DNA from: Torpedo marmorata
Taxonomy: Eukaryota
NCBI GenBank assembly: GCA_977017645.1
Contig: OZ360240.1
Coordinates: 71,176,001-71,240,000 of the forward strand
Direction: 5' to 3'
DNA: 64,000 bases
Shown: one piece after another, positions 12,872-26,538 of the stretch
Numbering within the stretch: position 1 is the first letter of the stretch
Layout: each line of letters begins with the position of its first letter
The notes under the pieces: generated by a model
The model's input: only the letters and a program-made list of their open reading frames with translations
What the model was told of the DNA's origin: nothing
Databases searched by the model: none
Translations under genes and position numbers: made by a program

Positions 12872-13402
12872 ATCCAAATACTCTGAAGATCACTGCATGT
12901 TGTTGAACCCACAGAAAGCAGCTTGGATAACTTCCATTACCAATTTGCAATATTTCTCAAAATAAAAATCTTAGTCTACGTAACAGCTTATGTCCATACT
13001 CAACTCAAGTTTTTAACATTCTAGCTTCTTCACACAAGTTTACAGCAAAATGTGTCAGCAGTAGTTCTCGGAGAGCTGCTGACTGTCCTATTCCATTTCC
13101 CTTTCCCAAAGAATATTTGGTATTAAGCAAACACAAGACAAGGTCTCCCACACGCTTCTGAACCTTCTCGAAGCTCATCTCAACATCAGGGAGTTTATGG
13201 AGCTCATTCAGGAGACCATGGTCTATAGATCGTCAAATGAGCAGTAACAAGGGTCACTTCCTACCTTCAAGTCAAGGCCACCAAGGCCAATTGTTGCAAG
13301 GCTATCACCAACCAACCAAGACCTGGCCAAACATTCATTACTTAAATACTTACCAAACAGGAGACATGTATATAAACAAAGGAACTTTGGGGAAAGTCTC
13401 AC

Positions 13403-13483
13403 CTTTATTGAAGAACATGGAAGCCATCTGACCCATTTCTATTCGCTCCACAATGTCAAACGCATTGTACATGCTGGTTCTTT
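13403..13483 (-). CDS. TMEM104: TMEM104 coding exon 5 (RTSMYNAFDIVERIEMGQMASMFFNK)
   Basis: Matches the recalled FEITDRVEMGQMASMFFNK; acceptor gcctag|, donor AAG|GTGAGA; 81 nt, phase 1 to 1. The next exon (GVNLFYFCII...) was not found in the window. Confidence 0.93.
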
Positions 13484-14514
13484 CTAGGCACACAAGTTAC
13501 AGGATGGTTAGCACATTGGTGGAAAGGACAACTAGCAATTAGCTGTAATGTGCAGAGTTAAATAATGCAAGTTAAATAATCCACAAATTAATGGGCAAAC
13601 GATCAAAGAATCAGATCCCCTTGTTTAATGTAACTATAAACTATGGCTTACAATGAGAAACAACCTGTTTTCCAAAAGCTGAATTGCACTGTACAAAGTC
13701 AAGTATGGTGGGATACTTAGATCTGTACACCTAGAAAAGGAGCAGAGAAGACCTGGCCGATGGGGTGAACACACCAGATACATGTAATGCAAATGGAGAT
13801 GTGTGATGGGGAGATACCAGTGCACTAAATGGCTAACCCCTTATTTTAAGATGACTTTTGGATATACACATTCCAGCCTGGAGAACAGTCACCCCAGCAT
13901 CCACTGTCAAACCCAACAAGAAATTTGTACCTGCCAATCCTGATTACCTGGGGTTCCAATATGGGAATAGTAGCAGCACAGACTCTTGCTACCACACTCA
14001 AAGCCTTGCATCTGGATTAAAGGGCCGAATAGACTTGATCCTTAAAATTGGGCTAATTAATTAATGAAGTTTGCACAGTGACTCTGAAACCACTGGGACG
14101 CTGTATAATCCCATCTAGGTCAGTGAGATCCAAGCCCCCAACAATGTGAATTTTTAGCTGTTCTCAAACAGATTAGCAAGTTGCATTATGTTCCAGAATA
14201 ATGTTAAACAAAGTGGTCAATCGAACCACCAGATTTGAAGAGAACAAAGGGACATCTGGAGACTTTTGGCTACATCTGAAGAACCTTTGTCCCAAATAGT
14301 AAAGCAACAACTTCATAGCTCCATGGTCCTGATGTAGTCATGAATGGTGGTGGATAATGAATCAGCCAACAGAAGGCAGCTCCAGGAACATTCAATCTTC
14401 TACAATGGTGGGGACCAGCATGCCAGTGCTGAAGGTGAGGCTGAAGCATTCACATGTTAAGCAGAAGCATCAAATGGACAATTCATCTTGCTCCCTTCTG
14501 ACATCCCATCACAG

Positions 14515-15610
14515 AAATAATGGCGCTGCCGGAGCTGCTGTAACAGCAGCACTGCCGCTGGTATGGACCCAGGAGAGTAGAGACACAACTCTGCTCCCAA
14601 GGGTTCAACCGCAAACTCTCGAAACCTTCTACAGGTGTACCGTGGAGAGCATACTGGCTGGTTGCATACTGACTGGAGGAGCCAAATCTCAGGACAAGAA
14701 AAAACTCCAGAGGGTTGTTAACTCGGTCTGCGACATCATAGGCACCAGACTTCACTCCATCGAGGACATCTACATGAGGCGGTGTCTTAAAAAAGCAGCC
14801 TCTATCCTCAAAGACCCCCACCACCCAGGCCATGCCCTCTTCACTCTGCTACCATCAGGAAAAAGGTACAGGAGCCTAAAGACGAGCACTCAGCGGCACA
14901 AGGACAGCTTCTTCCCCGCTGCCATTAGATTCCTGAATAATCAATGAACCAAAGACACTGCCTTACTTTTCGTGCACTACTATTTTTATTTTTTATATTA
15001 CTGTTGTAAGATGGTTCATAATATGAATGTTTGCACTATGATGCTGCTGCAAAACACCGAATTTCGTGACTTGTTCATGACAATAAATTCTGATTCTCAA
15101 CCGCCCGGTCCTAATGGCCTGTTAAAGGAGCCGATGGTGTTTTTAAACTAAAATTCTGCAACCTATGGTGGTGCCTGTGCTTGGCAGCGGCCACAAGGTG
15201 GAGCAGCGGACTGGCGCAGGGCACCATAAACAGGGAGCACACCACCACCACCCCCACCGTTGAAAAGGAGAATCCGAGGAGATGACCCTACAGGATGGTG
15301 ACTATGGTGGCAGACCAGCGAGGGGCTCAGTGGCTGAAGGACCCACACAGACTCCGGTGGACTTGCAGTCAGGTGACCTGCACTGGCTGCTGGGTGCTGG
15401 AGACAGCTCATGGGAACCAGGTATCAGAGCCACGATTTGAGAGGGTGCTGAGGACAAAAATGGCCCCCGAAGGGCCTCGGGTGCTGAAGGCTTCCTGATC
15501 GTGTCGGAGGTTTGGATCTGGAGCTCGGGTTGCCAATGGATTGAACAGGAGTCTGTGCCGTTGCAGAGGTTGCGGGAGCACTGGAGGTGAATCTACTGAC
15601 ATCCAAAGCC
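14515..15610 (+). mobile_element. GC-rich non-autonomous retroelement (interrupted by Rex1); related 3' pieces at about 31185-31446(+), 44020-44430(+) and 17527-17950(-)
   Basis: Shared block aggcttcctgatcg..ggagg..tctggagctcgggttgcc..gcactggagg..aatccac; the other copies end in tgtctgcctta...tgacaataaa; no ORF. Confidence 0.6.
14613..15096 (+). mobile_element. 5'-truncated Rex1/Babar copy with 8-bp TSD, inserted in a GC-rich non-autonomous element
   Basis: TSD tcaaccgc at 14605-14612 and 15097-15104; RT C-terminal peptide [10 protein letters not shown]...AAIRFLNNQ; tail aataaattctgattc. Confidence 0.88.
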
Positions 15611-17395
15611 AAGAAGTAAAATAAATTTTAAAAATATGCAGTGAAAGTCCAGAATGCTATTTGTATACGGGAAAGAAACAGTGAAGTAAATAAATTGATA
15701 TTATTTTGTTGATATTAGCTGAGGAACAACAGAGTTGAGAAACTGGACTATCAGATGTTTCCAGTAAAGGAGAAGTCCATTGTTTCCATGCCATGGAGTC
15801 GTATAGGACAGAACAGGTCCTTCAGCCCAACTCATCCAGTGACCAAGATGGCACTCTCGGCTAGTCCCATTGGCCTGCATTTGGTCCACATCTTTCTATG
15901 CCCTTTTCATCAGTATACCTGTCCAAATGACGTTTTTTACATTTCAATTGTACCGTTTCTGTAACTTCCTCCAGCAACCCTTTCCAGATGCTGACTACTA
16001 CCCTCTGAGTGAAAAGGTTGCTACTCAAGTCCCTCCTAAATCTCTCCTCTCTCCCCTTATACCTATGTGCTCGAGTTCTCGAATTGTCTACCCAAGCTGG
16101 CCTTTCCCCCAACTATGATTTCACAGCCCTGTCACATCATCTGTGCCATCGCTTGTCGTTCACCTCCTTTAAGAGGTACATTCCTACAGGGAATGTAGAA
16201 GTGCCAAAACCAGAGCTCTCTGGAAGAATGTGATGAAATAACCAAAAAAATGGTGTCAACTGTCATTGGTTGATGCGACTTCATGGATCAAGCTGCCAGA
16301 GGTGGTGGAACTAGATGCAAACACTATAGTTTAGACAGGCACTTAAATAAAAGGCACAGGAGGATACGGACCTAACTTTGGAAAATGGGATTCGTGCAGG
16401 TAGGCAAAAAGGTCAGTATGGACATGGTGGGCTGAAGGGCCTGTTTCTAAGCTGTACAACTCGATGACTCTAATCTCTGTCCAAAACTGAAATCCTCCAA
16501 TGCAGGCAACATCCAGAACCTGCTGAGTGTTTTCAGAATTTTCAATCCCCAGCATTTGCAATTCTGGTCACCGCAATTTAGTCAGGAGAAGGTGGTCCTC
16601 GAGGGGGAGTTAAAAAAGATGAACTCAAATGGTCCCAGGGAAGAGGATTTCAGCTGCAAAGCTAGTTTGGAGAAGCATTGGTTGTTGTCCTTGGAGTGAA
16701 GGTTAAGAGGAGCTTTGACAGAGGTGTGCTGGATCACGACTGGTTTGAACAAGGAATTCTCATTAGTAGGTGATACAAGGAGCAAAGCCGTTGATACAAA
16801 ACGATGCAGGAGGAATGCGAGCAAAAACTACTTATGCGGAAAATGTCAACCAGCTGGAGCTCACTAACTAGCGGCAGTGGAAGCAGTTAACTCGGGGCTT
16901 TCAAAACAGAATTGGATGGGCACGAAGGAAGCTAATTTGCAAGAAAACAGGAAAATGCAGGAATGAAGTGAAACAAAAAAGTCTGCAGAAGGGCTCAGGC
17001 CTAAAATGTTGGGTATATATATTTGCCTCCTGTGGACGCTGCAGGACCTGCTGAGTTTCTCTAGCACTTTTGTGTATTAACTTAAGTGCAGGAATGGATT
17101 TTGTTTTAGTTGATTACAAGTGATGGGCATTACTGACATCCCAGCAGTTAATATTCATCCCAAAGTACCTCACATCAGGGTGAATCTAGGGCTCATCCAA
17201 AGATCAGCAACTCGAAAACCACCCCAACTGCCTAGAAGGAAAAGTCTCACTACAAGAAACCTCACTTTTTCTTGATCACTGCAGCTTGGATAGTTTGGAC
17301 AAAGTTACCTATAAGGATTAATGAGTAGATTTTAGTTACCATTTCCGCCCTGCAAGTTAATGAAGCTCACGCAAGACATTTTTCTGAATACTCAC

Positions 17396-17501
17396 GCACT
17401 GAGAGGATAGGTCTTGATTCAGACCGTTCCTGACCACCCAGCATCGCAACCTCACTCGTGTCATCATCATAGGAATCTGAAGATGCATCGCTATCGTCCA
17501 C
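17396..17501 (-). CDS. TMEM104: TMEM104 coding exon 4 (VDDSDASSDSYDDDTSEVAMLGGQERSESRPILSV-Q)
   Basis: Acidic loop ending in RPILSV, as in the recalled ERAEKRPILSVQ; acceptor ttgcattaaag|, donor C|GTGAGT; 106 nt, phase 0 to 1. Confidence 0.9.
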
Positions 17502-18404
17502 CTTTAATGCAAAACGTGACAGTAATTCAAGGTACCTTTATTGTCACGTACATAAACACACCAACTTTGTTTACCTGTAAAGGCACACAGAGAGGTTCCA
17601 CTAGTCTAGCACCCCTAACAAGAGGAACAAAAGGGAGTCTCTCCAGAGACATCAAGTGTCTGTGGACCCCACCACCTCCTCCGATACCACCATCTCCTGC
17701 GCTCCCATAGCCGCACGGTCTCCTCTCTGTTTCAGTGTCTGCGGCTTTTGATGTTCTTACAGATGATGAGAACATCTTGCGGCTCCGAAACAACCTGACT
17801 GGATCTGCCACGCGTTCGAGGCTAGCATCTCTGTCCACTAACCTAAAGAAGTGGTGGTCACATGGGGTGGGAGCCAGAAATTGCATCCCTCCGTCTTCCT
17901 TCTCTGACATGTAGATCATGCCCATAGGCATCCCGCTGAGAACAGGAGGTTTTTACCATGCAGACTCCAGGCAACTTAATGCACAGCAGCTTCACCTCTC
18001 TAGGCTCGAACATTCAAAAGATTCACAACCCTCAGAAACTGTTCTTGCTCATCTCAGTCTCAGATCAATCCTGAAACAGTTCCCCTCCCAGTTCTAGACT
18101 CCCTGATTTGGGGCAACATTTCCAGTGCATCAACCTGTCAAAATCTTCACCGCACCTGCACCAGAATCTTGCATTTCAATAAGATTGCCTTTCCTTCTGA
18201 ACTGCAGTGCGCCACTCCATGCTGATCAGCTATTTCTTATAAAACAACCCTTCATCACAGGAATCATTCTGGTCACCCTTCTGTCTTTCCTTAAATGAGA
18301 ACTGTTCATATTCCTCCAGGTGTGGTGCGACCATGGAAAGGCGGTATCAGGGCCACTGGAGTCCATCGGTGCTGGCCGACTGTTGTTGGACACTGACACG
18401 GGAG

Positions 18405-18531
18405 GCATCAGATGCTGAGTACAAATGAAAATAAGTGGCAAAACATTTTTAGGTCAGTTGAACTAACGCAACGTGTCAGCATCATTATGCGATGAAACAC
18501 GCTAAATTCAATAAAAGTTAATTTAATGTTT
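18405..18531 (+). mobile_element. Fragment of the same Chapaev3-type element
   Basis: Reverse-complement match to about 12222-12348. Confidence 0.75.
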
Positions 18532-19094
18532 AAAAAAAAAGGTGTGGTCTCACCAAAGCCTTCACCACCGATGCCACACTGGCCCACCCATACTCTCTGT
18601 CCTCCTGCGATAAAGGCCAACATTCCATTTTCCCAAATTACTTGCCGTACCTGCATTTTACACGAGGACTGCCAGAGTTCTCAGAACACCAAGAGTATAG
18701 TGCATTTACCATAGACAATGGCACAGGCAGAGACATTACACCTCTGCACAAGTTCACTTTTCCCTCAATATTCTCTTAGTTCACACGCAGTGCACTACCC
18801 GTAGACAAAAGCAAGACTTATTTAGAATACAGGAAACAGGAGCTGTTGAGTTTTTTCCACCAATCATCATGACTGATCCAATCTTGGCCTTAACACCACT
18901 TTCCTCGCTTGCCAAGCACTGCATTGAATATATTCCATGACTACAAGATGGAGAATTCTAAGAGAGTCACACTTCCCCCAGAAAAATCCTCATCTGAAAT
19001 AGGTGACTCTTGACTCTAGATCCCCAAGCAAGAGATAACCCTCTTCAGAACCTTGTATATTTTAATCAGATCGTTTCTCAGTTATCTCAACTTC

Positions 19095-19690
19095 ATATTG
19101 ATGATTTTTATTGTCATATATATTGTACAATGTACATATGCAACAAAATTCTTACTTACTGCAGTTGAACAGGTAGTTGTAAATAAAAACAATGGTATAC
19201 TTAATTTAAATAAATACAAAAAATATTCAGTTATCCTAGTGCAAAAAAAGTGTCTTAGCAGTGGTGTAGGCAACCCTTTTGTGGTGTCAGAGCAGTCCCT
19301 GATTAGTGTAAGAAGGGGAGGTTCAAGAGCCTGATAGCTGTTGGAATGAAACCTTTCTTCAACCTGGAGGTGCTGATCTGCATGCGTCTGTACCTTTTGC
19401 CTAAATGTAGCAGTGAGAAAAGGTGGTGACCAGGGTGATGGGGATCCTTATGATGTTGGCTGCCTTCTTGAGGCAATGCTTCACAGAGATGTCTGCACTG
19501 GATGGCAGGTCAGAGCCAGTGATGGACCTGGTTATGTTTACCTGGTTCTGTAGCCTTTTGCGTTCCTGGGCATTTGAATTCCCAAACCAGGCTGAGATGC
19601 AACCGGTCAGTTTACTTTCCAAGAGCATCTGTGCAAGTTTGATAGTGCATCCAACAATATTCTAAATCTCCTCAGACTCCTTAGAATGAA
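19095..19690 (-). mobile_element. Old Rex1-like 3' fragment; similar old fragments at about 29100-29410, 32720-33090, 41500-42090, 44500-45130 and 49800-50300
   Basis: Peptide ESKLTGCISAWFGN..ERKRLQ; tail atgacaataaa on the minus strand. Confidence 0.65.
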
Positions 19691-21146
19691 CTTCACTATC
19701 ACGCATCAATTCCTTGGAAATCCAAAGACACTAAATCGTTTCTCCACTGGTTTCCCTTTACCTAGCCTGTTTGTTGCATGTTGAAAGAACTTTGGCAAAT
19801 ATGTCACATAACTTCCCTTCCATAAAACTACATTGACTCTGCTTGAGTCCCCTACAATTTTCAAAATCTCCTCCTTTACAATAGATTCCACCATTTTCCT
19901 AATGACATACATCAGGCAAAGGGATGTATAGTTTCCTGCTTTCTGACACTGATTTCTTGAATAGTGGTTTTACATTTGGATTTTGAGAGACAGTTACACA
20001 GCACACAAACAGGCCCTTCAGCCCAGCTCACTGATACCTGCCAAGTTGCCCTCCTGCACTTGTCCCATTTGTCTGCGTTCGACCATATCCCTCTAATCCT
20101 TTGCTATCCATACAGCTGTCTAAATATATTTTGAATGTTGCAACTGTGTCCTTCAAAGCCCTTGCTAAAGTCACGTAGATACTGTCGACTGCCCTGCCGA
20201 ATCAATCATCGGTCACTCTTCAAAAGAAAAGAGTTTTCCACACAAAGGCATGGTGACCATCCAGAATCAGCCCTTTCCAATGCAGGTAGATCCTGTTGCT
20301 CAGAATCCCCTCCAGTAATTTCCGACCATTGACGGCAGCCTCACTGGCCTGTCGTTTCCTGGCTTCTTGCAGCCCTTCTTAAATAAAGGCACAACATTGG
20401 CAGTCCTTCAGTTTTCTAGCACCTCACCTGTGGCTAAAGATGATACAAAATCTCTGCAATGTCCCCAACATTTTCTACCCCCACTTCCCACAATATCCTC
20501 AGATACACTCGGGCATTTAGCCATCTTTAAACACCGGCACCTCCTCTCTGGTTATATGGATATGTTTCAAGATTTCACTATTAATTTCCCTCACTTCCAA
20601 GATCTTCTCCACGATAAACACAAAGATCCATTTAGAACATAGAAACAGAAACTACAGTTCGGCATTTAACATCATAATTTCTACAACACAGAAACAGGCC
20701 CTTCTAGTCTGTGCCAAACTATTATTTTGCCGAGTCCCACTGACCTGCACCCAGACCGTATCCCTCCATACCCCTCCCATCCATGTTCCTGCCCAAATTT
20801 TTGTTAAATGTCAAAATTGAGCCCGCATTCACCACTTCAGCTGGCAGCTCGTTCCACACTCCCACCACTCTCTGTGAAGAAGATCCCCCTAATGTTCCCT
20901 TTAAACTTTTTCCCTTTCACCCTTAACCCATGTCCTCCAGTTGCCTCACCTAACCTCAGTGGAAAAAGCCTGTTTGCATTTACTCTATCTATACCCATCA
21001 CAATTGTGTACACCTTTATCAAATCTTCCCTCATTCTTCTATGGTCCAGGGAATAAAGTCCTAACCTGTCCAAGCTTTCCCTGTGACTCAGTCCCTGAGG
21101 TCCTGGCATTAATACAAATATTTTTGTTTTTAATAAATTTATTAAA

Positions 21147-22470
21147 ATTCTGTGCTGACCAACTTACCAATGTATTCACGGATATCTTCAACATTTCACT
21201 CCGGCAGGGCGTGGTACCCACCTGTTTCAAACAGGCGTCAATCATACTGGTGCCCAAGAGCGTAGTAACCTGCCTTAATAACTATCGACCAGTGGCACTC
21301 ACATCAGCAGTGATGAAGTGTTTTGAAAGGCTGGTGTTGAAGCATATCAGCTCTTGTCTGAGCGGCGACATGGATACGTTCCAGTTCGCCTATCGCAGCA
21401 ACAGGTCTACAGCGGATGCCATCTCAGTGGCTCTACACAAAGCCCTGGAACACCTGGACAGTAAAGGTGCATTCATCAGGATGCTTTTTATCGACTACAG
21501 TTCGGCATTTAACACCATCATCCCCTAAAAGCTGATCAGCAAACTCTAAGACCGGGACTCAACACCGCACTGTGTAATTGGATCATGGATTTCCTCATCT
21601 CCAGACCACAATCAGTGAGGATTGGTAAGAACATCTCCTCCACAATCTCCATCAGTGTCGGAACACCATAGGGCTGCATTCTTAGCCCCCTGCTCTACTC
21701 ACTTTACACCTACGACTGTGTAGCTCGGTACGACAATAACACTATCTACAAATTTGCCGATGATATCACGGTAGTGGGTTGTATAAAGAAAGGCGATGAG
21801 TCAGCATACATGAGGGAGATTGAAAACTTGGCTGAATGGTGCACCAACAACAACCTTGCACTCAATGTCACCAAAACTAAGGAGCTAATTGTTGACTTCA
21901 GGAAGGGAAAACCAGAGGTATATAATCCAGTGGTCATTGGGGGGGTCAGAGGTGGAGAGGGTGAGCAAATTTAAGTTCTTGGGAGTCACTATCTCGGAGG
22001 ATCTTTCCTGGACCCAACACACTAATGGCATCATGAAGAAAGCACGTCAGTGCCTCTACTTCCTCAGGAGTTTGTGGAGGTTTGGTATGACACCAGAAAC
22101 CCTGGAAAATTTCCACAGATGTGTGGTGGTAAGTGTGCTGACCAGCTGCATCACGGTCTGGTATGGGGACACCAATATCCCTGAGTGTAAAGACCTCCAA
22201 AAGGTAGTGGACACAGCCCAGGACATCACATGCAAAACCCTCCTCACTATCGAGAACATTTACAGGGAACGCTGCTGTCGGAGAGCAGCAGCAATCATCA
22301 AGGACCCACACCACCCAGCACACGCTCTGTTCTCACTGCTGCCATCAGGAAAGAGGTATAGGTGCCACAAGACTCGGACCACCAGGTTCATGAACAGCTG
22401 CTACCCCTCTACCATCAGACTCTTCAAACTCAATCAGGGACTCATTTAAAGACTCTTACTTGTGCACTTA
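21147..22470 (+). mobile_element. Rex1/Babar LINE of a second subfamily, frameshifted RT fragment
   Basis: Peptides [64 protein letters not shown] across ORFs 20941-22449. Confidence 0.85.
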
Positions 22471-23135
22471 TAGATTCTCCTTTACCTTATCTGCCAAAGC
22501 TCTCTCATGTTCTCTTTTCGCGTCCTGATTCCTCTCATTCCTGACATTGTCCAGGGATTCACCTGATTTCAACTGCCTGTACCTGGCTGATGCTGCCTGT
22601 TTCCAGACAAGAGCGTCAATATCCCTTGTCAACCAGGGTTCCCCAATCCTGCCAGCCTTGCCCTTCATTCTGTCCCTGAATAAAGGCACAACATTGGCAA
22701 CCCTTGTTTTCCAGCACCTCACCTGTGGCTAAAAATGACACAAAATCTCTGCAAGGTCCCCAACATTTTCTGCCCCAACTTCTCACAATATCCTCACTTT
22801 AAAAACCTCCCATTTTCCTGCACACAATCTCTCCCAATCAATCTTTGTGAGTTCCTGTCTAATGTCATCAAAATTAGCCTTGGCCCAATTTAAGACTAAC
22901 TTCTGGACTTGTCCTATCTTTCTCCATAACCATTTTAAAATTAATAGAATTAGGGTCACTGCTCCTTCACTGACACTTCAGTCACTTGCCTTGGATCGTT
23001 TCCCAACAGGAGGTCAAATGCTGCCCCACTCGAAGAGAGCCGTGTACATATTGCTGGAGAAAGCTTTCCTGGAACACACTAACAAATTCTGCCCTACCCA
23101 AACTCTTAACACTATTGACAAACCCTATTATTCTT

Positions 23136-26100
23136 TAAAAAAATTTTTTTTTAAATTTTATTTAAACTTTTAAATCACAAAATACATAAGATAAAATACA
23201 AAATTATCAAAATACATGTGATACAATTTTCACACCCCCCACCCTCCCTCCCCTCCCCAACCCCCCCATACCCACTAATCTAGTAATATAAAATAAAAGT
23301 AAAAATAGAAAAAAGAAAGAAAGAAAAAGATAGAATAAGGGGAATATCATCTATAAACTAATTCTATTATGGAGGTCAAATATGCCAGTAGATCCGATAT
23401 CTAGAGATCTTCAGATCCTTAAACCCACAGCTCTCATATATGGGCTCCAAATTTTCAAGAAGAAATGATATTTATTACGTAAATTATAAGTAATTTTTTC
23501 CAGTGGTATACACGAACGGAGCTCTGCATGCCATCTTTCTAATCCTAAATCTAAATCAGATTTCCAAGTAATAGCAATGCATTTTTTCGAAACAGCAAAA
23601 GCAATTCGTAAAAATTCTACTTGAAACATATTTAATTTCTTTTTAATACTAAATTTTTTAATATCTCCAAATAAAAATAACATAGGATCCATTGGAAATG
23701 TAATATTAAATATTTTATCTAAAATTTTTTTAACTTTCAACCAAAAATCTTGAATCTTTGCACAAAACCATGTAGAATGAACAAAAGAACCTTCCTCATT
23801 ATTGCATCTAAAACATAGACCTGATAATGTCGGATTAAATTTCTTTAATTTTTTAGGTGTTAAATATAATTGATGAAAGAAATTATATTGTACTAATCTA
23901 TATCTAACATTAATAATTTTCGTCATACTTAACTTACATAAATCTTTCAAGTGATTTTCATCTATATTTACATTTAAATCTAATTCCCATTTTAATCTTG
24001 ATTTATGCAATCCTATTTTAGGCATTTTCCTCTGAAACAATTTATACATTTGAGAAATAAATTTATTAACATCTCCATTAGTAACTAATAATTCTAATTC
24101 ATTTTGTCTTGGTAAAATCAAAGCATAACCTAATTTCTCAATCAAAAAAGCTTTAACTTGATAATAAGCTAAAAATGTATTATCTGGTATATTAAATTTA
24201 TCTTTCATTCTTTGAAACGTAATAAATTTTCCAGCTTCAAAACAATCATTAATCTTCTTAATACCTTTTTGAAACCAAATTTTAAGTAACTGATTATTAA
24301 CAGTAAATGATATAAGTCCATTTTGATATAATGGCATATTTGAAGAAATTAATCCTCTTCCACCTATCTCTTTATCCGTCTTACCCCATATTTCTAACAA
24401 ATGTTTAATAATCGGTGAATTTTTCTTTTTTAATAATATTAATTTAGAATCCCATTTATAAATAATTTCTTCTTTAAGATTTTCTCCTATATTATTTAAT
24501 TATATTTTAATCCAAGCAGAAGATTTAGTTGAATCAAAAAAAATTCATTGACAAATTTTAATTGAGCTGCTTTATAATAATTTTGAAAATTAGGAAGTTG
24601 CAATCCACCCATCTCATAATTCCAGGTTAACTTTTCCATGCTTACTCTTGCTAACTTTCCTTTCCATAAAAATTTCCTAATAATAAAATTTAAATCTTTT
24701 TAAAATTTTTTTGAGGAATTCCAAAAGGAATTGATTGAAAAAGATACTGAACTCTTGGAAAAATATTCATTTTAATACAATTTACCCTTCCCATTAAAGT
24801 TATGGGTAAGTCTTTCCAATTCTCTAAATCTTTCTTTATTTTCACAAATAATGGTAGATAATTTAATTTATATAAATTTTCCAATTTTGTATCAACCTTA
24901 ACCCCCAAATATTTAATTCCTTCTTTAGCCCATTTAAATTGTGTAATTTCCTTACATCTAGTATAATCACCTTTAGATAAAGCCATTATTTCACTTTTAT
25001 CCGAATTAATTTTATATCCAGATATTTCACCATATTCTCTTAATATAATAGATAGTTGTTGAAGTGATATAATAGATTTTGTCATATATATCAATACATC
25101 ATCTGCGAACAAACTAATCTTATGTTCTTCCATACCAACTTTAATACCCACTATTTTAGGATCTTTTCTAACTAATTCAGCCAAGGGTTCTATCGCCAAA
25201 ACAAATAAAGCTGGTGACAGGGGACATCCCTGTCTCGTAGAACGTGTCAAAGAAAATTTTGGCGATATTTGTCCATTTGTAATTACTTTAGCTGATGGTT
25301 CTTTATATATAGTTTTAATCCAATTTATAAATGTATTTCCAAAACCAAATTTTTCTAATACCTTAAATAAAAAATTCCATTCTAATCTATCAAAAGCCTT
25401 TTCAGCGTCTAATGTTACAACTAATGGTAAATCTTGTTTCTTTTTATGCAAACTAATTAAACTAATTAATCTAGCTATATTATCCTTTGAATATCTATTT
25501 TTAATAAAACCAGCTTGGTCTATATGTATCAAATCTGGCAAATATTTAGCCATTCTGTTTGCTAGAATTTTTGCCATTATTTTATAATCTACATTTAATA
25601 ATGAAATAGGTCTATATGATTCAGTTTTTAATACATCTCTATCCTTCTTTGGTATAACTGTAATTATAGCATTTAAAAATGTTTTCGGTAATTAATGAGT
25701 TTCCGTAATTTGATCTAGTACTTCCATATATGGAGGTATCAATAAATCTTTAAATTCTTTATAAAATTCTGATGAAAACCCATCATCACCCGGAGATTTA
25801 CCACTCTTCAACGAAGAAAAAACTTCACTAACTTCCCTCATTGTGAAAGGCAGATCTAAAGAATTTCTACTCCGAATATTCAATTTAGGTAATATGATTT
25901 TAGATAGGAATCTATTAATTTTAGAATCATCTTGATCAATCTGCGATTTATATAAATTCTGATAATAGTTTTTAAAAGATTCATTTATCTCTTGAGGTTT
26001 ATAAGTTATTTCTCCAGTATTTTTCTTCCTTATAGCATTTATAGTTTTAGAAACTTGTTCTTTTTTCAATTACCATGCCAAAACCTTATGTGCTCTTTCT

Positions 26101-26538
26101 CCTAATTCATAATATCTTTGTTTAGTTTTCTCAATTAATTTTTCCATTCTATATGTTTGTAACAAATTATAATGTAATTTCTTCCCTATTAAACGATTTT
26201 TTTTGAATTGATCTATATCTCTGTAAATCCTTCTCCATAAGTTCAATTTCCTTCTCCAATTTTTCTGATTCCTTAAGATAATCTTTCTTAATTTTAACTG
26301 AATAACTTATTATTAGGCCCCTTAAATAAGCTTTTAAAGCTTCCCACACTATAAATTTATCATTAATAGAATTAACATTTATTCGTAAAAATTCCTGAAT
26401 TTCTCTTCTTATAGATTCACAAAAATCTTTCCTTTTTAATAACGACGAATCAAATCTCCAATTATATATAGTTTTTTCTTTTTCCGGAATTATACAAGAC
26501 AATAACAAAGGTGAATGATCAGAGATTACTCTCGCTTT
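23136..26538 (-). mobile_element. AT-rich L1-clade LINE, 5'-truncated ORF2 with frameshifts, inserted in a CR1 fragment
   Basis: 16-bp TSD aaaccctattattctt at 23120-23135 and 26539-26554; SDHSP, DAEKAFD, TRQGCPLSP, LFADD and the CFRC..H....C zinc knuckle. Confidence 0.93.

Noticed and set aside
17527-17931. 134-aa minus-strand ORF next to a TMEM104 exon
   Set aside because: No recognisable protein similarity; it ends in the shared retroelement tail, so it is a non-coding repeat.
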